Source of the DNA: Eledone cirrhosa
Lineage: Eukaryota
Length of the DNA: 64,000 nucleotides
Reading direction: 5' to 3'
Assembly (NCBI GenBank): GCA_964016885.1
Contig: OZ024742.1
Location: 57,722,001 to 57,786,000 of the forward strand
The notes under the pieces were generated by a model, which was given only the letters and a program-made list of their open reading frames with translations, was not told the DNA's origin and searched no databases. Positions within the stretch are counted from its first letter, which is position 1; every line of letters begins with the position of its first letter. Shown in pieces: positions 26,526 through 41,327 of the stretch. Made by a program: the position numbers and the translations under genes.

Positions 26526-26567
26526 ACTGTCCTGATGATGGACGTAATCCAGAAACACATTGACAGT
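26526..26567 (+). ncRNA. Minimal type-I hammerhead ribozyme motif
   Basis: ACTGTC-CTGATGA-TGGA cgtaa TCCA-GAAA-CACA-TT-GACAGT: perfect stems I and II, decayed stem III. Confidence 0.7.
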
Positions 26568-26659
26568 TATCTCCTACAGCTTCTGCTGGAATCTGCTAGA
26601 TGGTGCTAGCTATCAGCTTTTCAATATTCATAGCTAAAAGGCTTTCAAAATATTTATTT

Positions 26660-29600
26660 GTAAACATTCACTATATTCGTTAATTCTAACCTTGCTGACT
26701 GTTTCTTTATACATGGCTTGTATAGCTCTCACAAGCCATTCATCAACCCCTAGTTTTCTAAGGGCCCACCAGATAATGGCACGGGGGACTCTGTCAAAGG
26801 CTTTCTCCAAGTCACCAAAAGCTAAGTATAGGGGTTTACTTTTAGCTAGGTACTTCTCCTGTGGTTGTCGTACAAGGAAAAGAGCGTCTGTCATACTTTT
26901 ACCTGATACAAACCCAAACTGCATTTCATCTAGATCAATTCGTTCTCTGATTATTTGTGCTATAACTTTTTCTGTGACCTTCATGACCTGGTCAATTAAT
27001 CCCCTATCTAGGGCATCTCCTTTACCCTTGTAGCAGTTAATGATGATGCTGCTATGTCAGTCATTTGGTATGACCCCATTTTGTATGACTTGGTTTACTA
27101 TCCGGGTGACCATAGTGTGTCCCACCGTTCCAGATGCTTTCAGCATTTCAGCAACTCTGAAGGCTAAGCTGCCTTGCCTGTCTTCATATCTTTGATTGCC
27201 TTACTTATTATACTACCTTCAACTTGCACTGCTGGTCCCTCTATTGGATCGATGTGGGGCAGACTATCTTTTTCCCATTTATTCTCCTCATTTATTAGCC
27301 TCTCGTAGTGACACTTCCAAGCTACCTTCTTATCAGCATCAGTGCACCATCATCATTATGGACACACTTCTCCCCAACAATATCACGGTTTTCCTTGACA
27401 CATTGCCTAGCATTCCTGAACACCTTACGTTTTTGGTTCTCGCGTTGTAGAACATGCTTGAACTTCCTTTCCTCTGCTTCCCTTCTTGCAAAGTACACTT
27501 GTCTCTTAGCTTCCCTCCTGGCCACTTGATAGTGTTCTCTACTTCCTCCATACTTTCCAAGCCTGCTTTTTGGCCTTGATTGACTCCTCCACCTTACTGT
27601 TCCACCACCACGTTACTCTCACCCTGCCTTTAGGTCTGCTCCAGCCACAGATTTCATCTGTCGCCTTCAGGAGGTTAACTTTCAGGAATTCTCACTGTTC
27701 CTCTATATTGTACGTCTCTAATTGCTCTTCCTTACTGTCAAAAGCATCAAGTAATAATAATAATAATGAAATTATTGTGTACAGTGCTCAGGTGCACTAC
27801 AACTCATCAAAGGTGCATGTATAGTACATAGAATAATGTACAAATGTCAGGAAAATAAACAGTGTATGAGTCATGATATAATAACAATAACAATAATGAA
27901 ATATTGTGCACAGTGCCCAGGTGCACCACAACCCATCAAAAAAGTGCATGTACAGTACATAGGGCAATGTACAAACATCAGTAAAATGAACAGTGCACAC
28001 ATGTGTGCATGTGTATGGAAGGGGCACATCAGGTGTAGTTTTGGCGTATTTCGGGAAGCATGAGTGTCTTAAAGGATGCAGTGTCTCGGCAGCTAACAAT
28101 TGACGCAGGCAGTTTGTTCCATGTTTCAGCAACTCTGAGCGTGAAAAAATGTCTGCGAAAGTCATGGGAGCTGTGCTGTTTTCTTATCTTGTAGGCATGT
28201 CCACGTGTGTTAGATACATGGAGATCAAAGAGGCGCTCAGGGTTGCAGTTGGCGAGATGGTTAAAAACTTTGTGGGTATTCACCAAGTCCATTGCCAGAC
28301 GTCGGAGCTTCAATGAATCCATGCCCAGGGAAGCAAGGCGTTCAGAGTATGGTAGGTGTCTGATGGAGGGTATGCGCTTGGTTGCACGTCTCTGAACAGT
28401 TTCCAGGAGGTCAATGTTCCGAGCAAGATAGGGGTTCCAGACTGATGATGCGAATTCCAAGTGTGGTCGCACCATAGCTGTATACAGTTTTAAATAGATG
28501 GCTGGAGAGCGGCTAACAAAGGTCTTGCTGAGTGATGCCAAGACACCCTCGGCCTTCTTGACAATCTTAGAGACATGCTTTGTCCAACGCAAATCGTTGC
28601 TGACAGTAATGCCCAGGTCACGTTCACAAGAGGACTTTTTGATGTCAGTGTTGTGGAGGGAGTATGTGGACGCTGGATTTTTCCTTCCAAAATGCATGGT
28701 GGTACACTTGTCCACAGCCAGCTTCAGTTGCCAGTCTGTGATCCATTGCTGCATTGTGTCCAGGTCTGATTGTAGGAAAGAGTTGTAAATTTCAGGATCA
28801 GTCCTTTTGATTTCAAGGTACAGCTTGATGTCATCTGCATATTTTAGTACCGTGGCATTCTGTAAGTTGGCATCTATGTCATTAATATATGCCACAAACA
28901 AAAGAGGACCAAGAACAGATCCCTGTGGTACACCAGATGACATCTCATATGGTGAAGAATGCTGTCCTAGAACTGTGACTACTTCCTTTCGGCTGAGAAT
29001 GAAGGATTTCAGCCAGTATGCTTTTAAATTTGTTACTGGCCGTGGGGTCCTTTAACTTCCATATTCTTCTCCTTAGGGTGGTCCTCCTCTGTTGTCAAGT
29101 ACATCTCATCCTGAATATGAGGTCGCTAACTATGAGGCTATGTTGGGAGGTGCATTCTTCATGGAGGAGGGATTTAGTGTTTACAACAGACACTCTGTCA
29201 CGTCTTCTGGTAAGGATATAATCTATCTGACTGGCGTATTCCCCTGATCTATAGGTGATCAAGTGATTGTCCTATTTTTTGAAGTTTGTGTTACAAATAG
29301 TTAGGTTATTAGCGTCACAGAATTCCAGGATTCTGAAGCCTTCCTCATTTCTAGTACCAAACCCATAGCCTCCATGGATTCTGTCATCGCCGTCACAATG
29401 TTGTCCAACATGACCATTTAGGTCGCCAGCAATAATTATGTAGTCACTGTCGGTTATTTGAGAGGTAGTGAGCATTAGCGACTAATAGAATCTGTCTTTT
29501 ATAATGCCAGGTAGTCCAGATTGGGGTGCATATGCGGATATTATTGTCACAGTAGTTCTATTTAGGACAAGTCTTATTTTAATTATTCTGTCGTTCACTC

Positions 29601-30515
29601 TATTTATGTCTATTACCTTATCTACCCATTTTTCTGCTAACATAATTCCTACTCCACCCAGCCCATTGTCATTTCCCACCCAGAAAAGTTTATAGCATCG
29701 TTTTTTACTCACATTGAATCTAGCAGACCCACCCCTCCACCTGGCCTCTTGAACACAGCAAACATCAACTTCCTTACGTTCAAGCATCTCTACAACCTTG
29801 TTAGAGCAACCTTTTAAAGTGGTACCAACTCTGAAGTTTTGGATTGCGTTTGGTGGGTGGGAAGGATGGGTTGGAGGCGCAGGGAGAGGTGAGGGAGGTG
29901 GGGTTATGTTAGCCATCCACGGACGAAATAAAGAGGAGTCCTTGCATTCTCGTCCCACAACATGAGGTGAATTTATCTTTATCTCTGACATTGTCATTGA
30001 GTGTCCAGATTCTTCAGACTCTCCAGAATTCTATAGTCCATCTAGCATATCGAAAAGCAACCAGGTCTAAACTTAAGGAGTGATAGCCGAGGCGGTGGTT
30101 TTGTGAAAGAGATTGGTAAGAGAAATATATTATAAGCCGCTGAATAATGGTGGCGAGTGGGGGAGGGATATGGGGGAGTTAACTAGAAGGTTATTTCATA
30201 ATATAATCCTAGAAATTCGGCCATAATTAAACGAACATATAACAGTAATCAGATTATAAATACAAGAAGAAGATTGTTTTCGAGGGTCTGACAGAATTAT
30301 GGGAGTTTAAAATACAAGAAGATTGTTTTGAATGTCTGACAGAATTATCGAATAACATTGAAAAGATTGGATTCTAAGTGAAACGGAGGATATAATACTG
30401 ATAGGTATATGAACTAGGAAAAACATGGAGAGACAAGAAAATAGGGTGAAATACATTACATTTTTCAAAAACAAGTGTTCGGCCAAGATAAGAGATCGAC
30501 AAATTCTGTACATTA
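26660..30515 (-). mobile_element. 5' half of an RTE LINE (5' UTR, APE, start of RT), inverted relative to its 3' half
   Basis: APE motifs VCCVQEARW, ISAYAPQ, IAGDLNGHVG; RT GDLEKAFDRVP ending at INEYSE; interrupted by a CR1. Confidence 0.85.
27754..29014 (-). mobile_element. CR1/L2-type LINE nested in the RTE
   Basis: Intact 304-aa RT C-terminal ORF 28029-28943; (att)n tail; agta at both junctions restores the RTE sequence catcaagtatgctt. Confidence 0.92.
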
Positions 30516-32036
30516 CATGGCTTGTGAGAGCTATACAAACCATGTATAAAGAAACAGTCAGCAAGGTTAGAATTAACAACGAATATAGTGAAGAATTTAG
30601 CGTAAAAGTTGGTGTTCATCAAGGCTCTGTCCTTAGCCCCCTCCTATTTATTATTGCCCTTCAGGCTATAGCAGAAGAGTTCAAGACTGGCTGCCCATGT
30701 GAACTTCTATATGCAGATGATCTAACGCTCATAGCTGAATCGAAGGCTGAACTAGAGAAGAAATTCCAAACATGGAAGCATGGCCTAGAATCAAAAAGCC
30801 TTAAAGTTAACTTGTCTAAGACTAAAGTTCGAGTTTGTAGAAAGGAAAATAGGGCACAGGTGCCCTCTGGGAAATGGCCATGCTAAGTGTGTAGGAAAGG
30901 AGTAGGAAGAAATTCCATTTTATGTCCCAAATGCAAAGTATTGGTGCATAAAATATGTAGTGGGATCACAGGTAAGCTATCTAAGAATGTAAATTTTATA
31001 TGTGGCCGGTGCTCCGGTGCAATAAGTAGCAAGTGCCCACAGGATACTAGTTCCTTCTATTGCCCAGATAGTTCTATAGAAATAGTGGACACTTTCTGTT
31101 ACCTGGGTGACAAAATCAGCAGTGGTGGAGGGTGCCCTGAAAGTACAGTAGCCAGAGTCAGAACGGGATGGAAAAAGTTCAGAGAGCTTATACTACTATT
31201 GGCCACTAAAGGTTTCTCTCTAAAAATGAAAGGCAGACTGTATGATGCCTGCATACGAACAGCAATATTACATGGCAGTGAAACATGGGCATTGTGTGCA
31301 GAGGATCTGCGCAGACTGGAGAGGAACGAAGCATGCATGCTCCGTTGGATCTGTAATAGTAATATACGTGAACAGCAAAGCATAAATGAACTAAGTGAGA
31401 AATTAGGTATAAGAGGGATCAGACGCTGTTTACTCGAGAGAAGGCTATGTTGGTATGGTCACGTGATGCGCATGAAAGACAACAGCTGTATAAAAAAGTG
31501 CAGGGCGATCAAAATTGATGGAAGTTACAGAGTAGGCAGACCCAGAAAAACCTGGGACAATTTGATAAATTCCGACCTTACACCTCTCTAAGACAATGTC
31601 ACTGGACCGAGATCTTTGGCGCTACGCAGTAATACAGAAGACCCACCTTGCCTAAGTACAAAGCAAAACCTACAGTCAGTAGGCACCTCTTAACCAAATA
31701 TACACCCCCATCCCACTACCTCAACTCCCTCACCTCCACCTCCATCTACACCACCCCTTTCTCTGTAAAGGTATGTTGGTACCACAACATCCAGTCCTAA
31801 ATAAATGAGGTTGTGTAAGTGTCACGACAAAAACAACACACAGTCCACACTGTAATGTGGCCGTGTAGGTAACACGGTAAAAACCTTCCAGTCCACACTG
31901 TAAACATGGTCGGTGTTAGGAAGGGCATCCAACCATAGAAAACCTGCCAGAGACAACCAATCTTGCCTCAAGTGGGACAATTCCCGTCTAAACCCATGCT
32001 AGCATGGAAGATAGACGTTAAACGATGATGATGATG
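30516..32036 (+). mobile_element. 3' half of the RTE-PHD LINE
   Basis: WLVRAIQ...LLYADD...PHD...GRPRKTW, 3' UTR, (gat)n tail. Confidence 0.92.
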
Positions 32037-32191
32037 TATATATACATATATATATGCACATTTATATATACGCACACACATATATATATATATATATAGT
32101 TTTTCTTACATAACCCCACCCAAACACAACTAACCAAAACACACTGCACAAAATTCAATTACCTAATAATTCCAAAATAATAGATATTTAC

Positions 32192-32360
32192 CTAAAAGTG
32201 CAACATTAACACTGTTTGGTTTCTGTGGACAAGAGATGGAAGCTTTAGTGATTATACCCAAAGTTCCTTCTGAACCAATGAAGAGTTGTTTTAAATCATA
32301 TCCAGTGTTGTTTTTCTTTAAAGAACTCATACAGTCTAGAATTCTACCGTCTGCTAATAC
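32192..32360 (-). CDS. D2HGDH: D2HGDH exon 4: [38 protein letters not shown]... (absent from the ORF track)
   Basis: aatag/gtaaat, 169 nt, phase 0 in / phase 1 out; GYDL and GSEGTLG motifs. Confidence 0.95.
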
Positions 32361-33257
32361 CTATTAATGTAAAGAGGAGATATATGCAAAAGAGTTAGGT
32401 AATAGAAAAATAAGTATAATAACTTATATACATCGCCATCTTCATCGTCGTCATCATTATCATCATTACTATCGTCATCAAAGGTGGCAGCGTTATTGGC
32501 AGTGGTGGCATCGTCATCATCTACATCATTGTCATCAGCATCGTCATTGTCATCATCATCATCATTTAATGTCTGTTTTCCCTGCTAGCAAAGGTTGAAT
32601 GAGTCATCACTGGTCATGTCATTAATTAATTGTAGCTACTGATCTTCAACTGGACCGGGGGCCATACATCTCTCTTATATATGGACCCCACATTCTACAG
32701 TGTGTACCAAGTGCATTTTAGTGGAACCAGCACTAGGGAGGTTGTTATACCTTTGATATGACTCCAGTATGTATGAGCACGAGCGTGCATGTATTGATAA
32801 AATTCACCTAGTACACACTATAAAATGTGTGGTGTTAAGAAGAGCATCCAGCTATAGAAATCATGTCAAAAAGTGCTTCAGTTGTGACACTGGTACAACG
32901 TCTCTAGTGCTAGTGTCACTATAAAATGCATTCAGTATACTCTGTAAATCATTTGACATTAGTAAGAGCCCCCATCTGTAGAAAAGATGCCAAAATTGGA
33001 AAGTATGTAAGGGAGACATGGCCCCTGGCCTGTCTAGTAGGTTAGTAGCTTTGATTAAGTATTGACTTGGTCTGCAATGACATATTCAATCCATCCCACC
33101 TCAATCTAGGATAGAAAATAGAAACAGAAAGAAGGAATTTGTATGAGCAAAACACGGTCTCCTGATCTGACTTGTCTCATAACACAATGACTCATCAAAC
33201 GCATGCAAGCATGGAAAATGGACGTTAAACGATGATTATATATATACATATATATAC

Positions 33258-33451
33258 CACTTCTAATCCCAGAACATTGCCATGTAGGGATCCATATCGC
33301 AGAAAACGGATTCCTCCAGCATTGGTAGCAAGGTTTCCTCCAATATGGCAACTTCCTTTAGCTCCAAGATCAAGAGGCATTGTGAGGTGTTCCTCATTGA
33401 TAACATTCTCTAGATGCTGCAGAACACAACCAGCTTCACAAACTAATATAC
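33258..33451 (-). CDS. D2HGDH: D2HGDH exon 3: GILVCEAGC...[22 protein letters not shown]...GLEV
   Basis: ttgcag/gtatat, 194 nt; FAD-binding PCMH motifs. Confidence 0.95.
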
Positions 33452-34176
33452 CTGCAACAACAAACAAACAACGTTTTTACAATACAGTAAGATAGCCACC
33501 CATCCTACCCCATGTAGTTGCTCAACATGCTTGAAATAGCAGTCAAACCTCCCTTAAACTAGATTCTACCATCTTAAAAAATGAATACATTGGAAAAACA
33601 TAAGGTCTGATACATTATGTCTGGAAAAAAAAAACAGGATAATCATGATTGAAATCTGTTTGATCAGAAGCTTGTTTTATCATGGTTGACCTTAGGCTAA
33701 ACAACAGTCATTTTTAGCCAACAAGGGAGCCTAATTAGGGTAGAAATAATAGCTAAATCTCCTTTAAACTACATTGAATCATCTTTGAAATGTAAACACA
33801 TCTAGATACTCTGTGTCAAAAAAAGAAATCTGAATGTCTCAACTGGATCAGAACTGAGCTGAGCTTAAACAACAACAGTCGCTTTCAAGAATTTTAGATA
33901 TATAAAGATAACGATAAAACTTTTGTTAAAATAGAAAAACAAAAAATATTTTAAATGCGTGCAGCCAAATACAAATGACCATAATAATAGTTGAGAAATT
34001 TGGATAAAGTACCTCTGGAAACACAAAAATATAGACAGCAACACTGTCCACTTTTTTAATCAGACAGACTAGAGAATCTATATGCTCTGTATGAGTTGAA
34101 ATCCTGAAGGATTAAGTATAGGGGTCTAGAAACAGCAGTTTTACATAGTTCTTTTTTTTTTTTACTTTTTACTTAC

Positions 34177-34374
34177 CCGACACTTTATCAAGGGAAATGA
34201 CATCGTTCATAAGTCGTGTTGATATGACAATTTCATCAAATACAGGATTGCTGCCTCCAACCAAGCCAGTGTTACCACCCTGCGGCACCACAGCAAGATG
34301 TCTTTCGTTGCAGTAAGCTAAAATTTCAGAAACTTCTACTGTTGTTTTAGGAAGTAACATCAGGCAAGACTCAC
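34177..34374 (-). CDS. D2HGDH: D2HGDH exon 2: [12 protein letters not shown]...[20 protein letters not shown]
   Basis: tttaag/gtaagt, 198 nt, phase 1 / phase 1. Confidence 0.95.
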
Positions 34375-35731
34375 CTTAAAATACAAATATAAGATCAAAA
34401 ATGAAATTATGAAATTCCCATTTTAACCCTTTTGATACTAATCCCTTTGAAACAGCTCTTGCTTATTCTTGTTTTAATATAAAACTGTTTGTTTTAAAGT
34501 GTTCATACTTATATCAAAATCTCCCATCATAAATGTAAGAACTTTATGTTAAGTGATGTTCCTGCACTCATTTCACACATACCATCTAAGAGAAGTGACC
34601 AAAATATTCCTCCTAGTCAAGTCCTTTCGCATACCTCAAAACTTTCAAGTAGTTTACTTACAGATGTGCTGCAAAAGTATGAGTAAAGAATACTACCTAC
34701 AATTCCTCACTGAAGACTGAGGTCTCCCTGGCCTCTATGTTTTCTGGGTAAAAAAGTCATTTGCAGCACATTCAGAGGTAAGATTAGTTTGTAGCATATG
34801 GGGGGGAAAAGATCAGAAAAAATAGTAGAGAAAACTCCAAGGGCCCTCCCTTTTCTGGGGAAAAAGGCCTTTTAGGCATATTAAGAGGTAAGTTTAATTG
34901 AAAGCACACGAAGAAAACAAGAAAAAAAAAAATATTTCTCACTAAAATCGGTGGGGGTGTTTTCTATAAATTTATCGAAATAGCAGCCAAATCTCCCTAA
35001 ATGCAGATCTTAAATAAGGAATGTTGGGTAATGTAGTCTAGATACCCACCAAAAGACTAGAATACTAGGTCTTGCTCGGTCAGTGTTGATCTGGACCTAA
35101 ACAATAACAAAAGACACATTAGATAATTGCATGGCTCAGACATCAGATTAAACAGTATCTATCAGGTTAAAGGGACGTAAAGGTCGTATGACGTTCGTGA
35201 CTTTCACAAGGACATTAGTGGCATAAATGAAACACCGGCACACAGATTTGATTATTTAAAACCTTAATATCTACCGTAAAATGACGTGCCCAATGTGATT
35301 TCTATCATTATCAGGACACAAATCTAGAGCGGGGAGAGCACAATTTATTAAAAGGAGTCTAGAAAAATAAAGGGCAAAGACCATCCCCGTTGAGATTTGA
35401 ACTCAAAACCTTATAAACTGTTGAAGTCGACGCAAGACTCTCTCCAATCTACTGTCCCGAAGAAGCGTATATGTAGTCTCTCAACCAGCTAAAAATAACA
35501 GCAAAGTTCACTCAAATCCCACCTTATTACCGTCTTTAAAAAAGATTCATTTGATAATGTAGTCGTGAATACACTGTTTTTAAGAAAAATATGTGGATGA
35601 TCACGGCTGGAATGCCGTAGATCATATGTCAGAAATAACCTGGGGGCTTAGTAACACTATTCTAACATTACTAAGCTGTATCAAAGAGACTAATTCAATT
35701 GCGGTGTAAGAAATGAGACGGTAGAACTAAC

Positions 35732-36020
35732 CACGGTATATTTTCATCCAATCTGTATTACACATTTCCAAATCTGTAGAATCTGTTATACACCTGGACG
35801 GAGTCAAAATATTTTCGAATACAGACAAATCTTTATCGTTCAATTTTGAATAGGAACCGCGCACAATTTCTGGGTGTTTGGTCGAAGTTAATTCTACGTA
35901 TGTAGAAAAAAAGCTGTCATATTTTGATAATATGCGGCTCCGAAAATGGTGACATTTAGGTAATAGTTTTCGAGAGTTAAATAAAATGATTTGTTTGGCA
36001 CTGGATAATAGATGTGACAT
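35732..36020 (-). CDS. D2HGDH: D2HGDH exon 1 with putative mitochondrial transit peptide
   Basis: Basic, Ser/Leu-rich N-terminus; VRGSYSKL..DLSVFE..NTDWMKIYRG; gttagt donor; 289 nt. Confidence 0.9.
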
Positions 36021-36217
36021 GTTTGTAAGAGGAATAATTAGCGAAACAGATAAATACGGTGGATAGTTGTTATAATGAGTCCAAGAGTAACTTCCCCTTA
36101 CGAGTTTGAAACATGGAGAGTGAGAGACGATATGTTACTAGTTAAGACAATTCAACTTAAAAAAAGTAGAGTAGATATTTTTTTTTAGATCTTGTGATGT
36201 TTAGTTTTGTAATAATA

Positions 36218-36408
36218 ATAATTGTTTCTACTATTGGCACAAGGCCAGCGATTACCTCAGTACATTACTGGTACTTTATTTTATCCACCCCGTAAGTATG
36301 AAAGGCAAAGTGATCCTCGGCGGGATTTGAACTCACACCATAAAGGGGTGTAACTCTATGCTGCAAAGCATGGCGTCTGACCTACTGATACTGCCAATCC
36401 CCCAACGG
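36218..36408 (-). mobile_element. Octopod-type tRNA SINE just upstream of D2HGDH
   Basis: Same family as 21232-21419. Confidence 0.85.
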
Positions 36409-36419
36409 CAATAATAAAT

Positions 36420-37110
36420 AAAGAAAAGGAAACAAAAGAAAAAAAGAATAGGGAAATATAGAGAAAAAGAAAGAAAAAAGAACTGGAAGGGGAGGAGATG
36501 GCAAGATCTCTTGTGTCGCAGAAGAGAGGGGAGGGGTGAAGGGGAGGGTGATTGGGCCTAGGGCAAGGGTGCAGAAGTGCTGCGCCCCGCGGACAAGACC
36601 GCAAAATCATTCTCGCGGACAATGGCCTGTGATACGCGTTGCAACAGCCACCCAACCTCGCGGGGCTCCTTCCCCAGACATGCCGCCGACGTTCTGATTT
36701 GTGGAGGAGCTCGGCTGGACGGGGTCCAAGTACGCCTGAGGTCTCGACGGCGATCGGTGCGAAGAGGAAGCGGCGATCGGTGCGAGGAGACTGTGATGCC
36801 GGGGTTTATGGCCGAAGCGACTAAGTTGGAGGCGGGGAACGTGTCGCAGCAGGTGGCGTCCCAGATGAGGATCTACCTCCTTCGAATGGGAAGAGGGTGA
36901 TTCTGTCGTGGCGATTGCCATCTCCGCGTTCTAGGCCTGCTGGATCCAGTTGAGATGGAAAGCTAGCTACGTCCAGGCTCATTCTCAGTATGTCGTTGAG
37001 AGCGGCGTGTCGGGGGAACCGGCCTGCGCTCTGGCGGCAAGACAGAGGGTGCAAGCCGAACTTGTCAACAGCCGCTCACACACGCGGAGGCCAAGGCGTT
37101 GGGGTACTCC
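36420..37110 (-). mobile_element. CRE-like RLE LINE 3' fragment (GC-rich)
   Basis: LHPLSC..GRFPRHAALND, RHDRIT (RPD-like), WDATC, FAPIAVETSG and LQRVSQAI motifs across frames. Confidence 0.8.
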
Positions 37111-37259
37111 GATGCGATTTCTCTATCCATTCAAGCCACTATGGCGCGCATGTTTTCGTTTCTCTCACTATGTGCATTTTTTCAGTTGTCTATAATCCCT
37201 TTAGAAGTGTTGTCTATAATATCTTTATAATCTCTTTAGAAGTTTGACTGTATCTTTTT

Positions 37260-37342
37260 ACACCCGCCGACGAGCCCTGAGATGGTATGGCACCAACACT
37301 GTTTATGGCGAAACATTCTTTTCTTTGAGATTGTCCAGGTGT
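37260..37342 (+). ncRNA. Hammerhead-like motif with a mutated core
   Basis: ACACCCG-CCGACGA-GCC...GGC-GAAA-CA...TG-TC-CAGGTGT. Confidence 0.5.
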
Positions 37343-37439
37343 TTTATCGTTATAAAGGTAGGTTTGTACATTTTAATTTAACTTTTCAATTATTATATAG
37401 TATACATAATTTCTTTTGTGTTTTCTTCTCTATATGAAG

Positions 37440-40275
<2,836 letters not shown>

Positions 40276-40276
40276 G

Positions 40277-41327
40277 ATTATAAATACAAGGAGTTAAGGA
40301 ACCCAAAGGTCAGACTCGAAGCGGCAGTCAGCAAGATAACGATCTATGCATCAGTAGACTGTTTACCCTTTCCTCTGTCCTGGCCCTTACTGGCTTACTT
40401 TCTCGGCCATCGACATAGCCAGACAGCGAGTCATGCCTGGCTGACAGATTGACCACTACTCCTATGAGAATAATATATTCTAAGAATAGGCACACACATA
40501 GTAAGTTCATATTGTTTGCATTATACTCTCTTCCTATTCTTCCTGTCATATTGTATCTGCAAGACACAACATAACTCATACTATATCGTCTTCTCTGATA
40601 CATGCATTCACGTTGGCTCGTAGAGCTAACAATTTAATGTAGCGACGGTTTATGTCATAACTAATATTGCTCGATGCGATGTGCAAATCGAATATTGTTA
40701 TTGTAAAATAAACATTATTAATATAATGGAATACTCCTATGTTTTATCGGCGAAGATTCGAAACCGAATCTGAGCTTTCTCGCCTCTGTAACAATCTATC
40801 GTTGGAAATTCTCACCATTTCCTGTCAAGACAACGATAGTAAATGTACATTCCATTTGACCTGTGACCCCAACCTCTTGGAAGACGATAAACACAGGGCT
40901 GACCATAAATCAACCTCATATATCTATCCTTCTAATTTTAGCACTTATTATAAATACAGGGAGTTAAGGAACCAAAAGGTCAGACTCAAAGCAGCAGGCA
41001 ACGAGATAACGATGTAGCATCAGTAGATCTTTCACTCTATCTTTCTCCTGGCCCTTACTTGGCTTACCTCCTCGGCTACCTAAACAGCCAGCAGACAGCC
41101 ATGCCTGACAGATTGACCATTTCTACTATGAAAATAAAATATTCACAGAATAGGCGCACACACACACATAGTAAGTTCATATTGTTACATTATCCTCTCA
41201 TCCTATTCTTTCTGCCATATTGTATCTGCAAGACACAACACAACTTATATACTATATCATATTCTCTGATACATGCATTCACGTAGCTCGTAGAGCTACC
41301 AATTTAATGTAGCGACGGGTTAAGTCA
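40277..41327. repeat. Diverged direct duplication (40277-40720 versus 40947-41327 + 42453-42515)
   Basis: Both start attataaataca(a/g)ggagttaaggaacc; the second copy is split by a Helitron. Confidence 0.85.
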
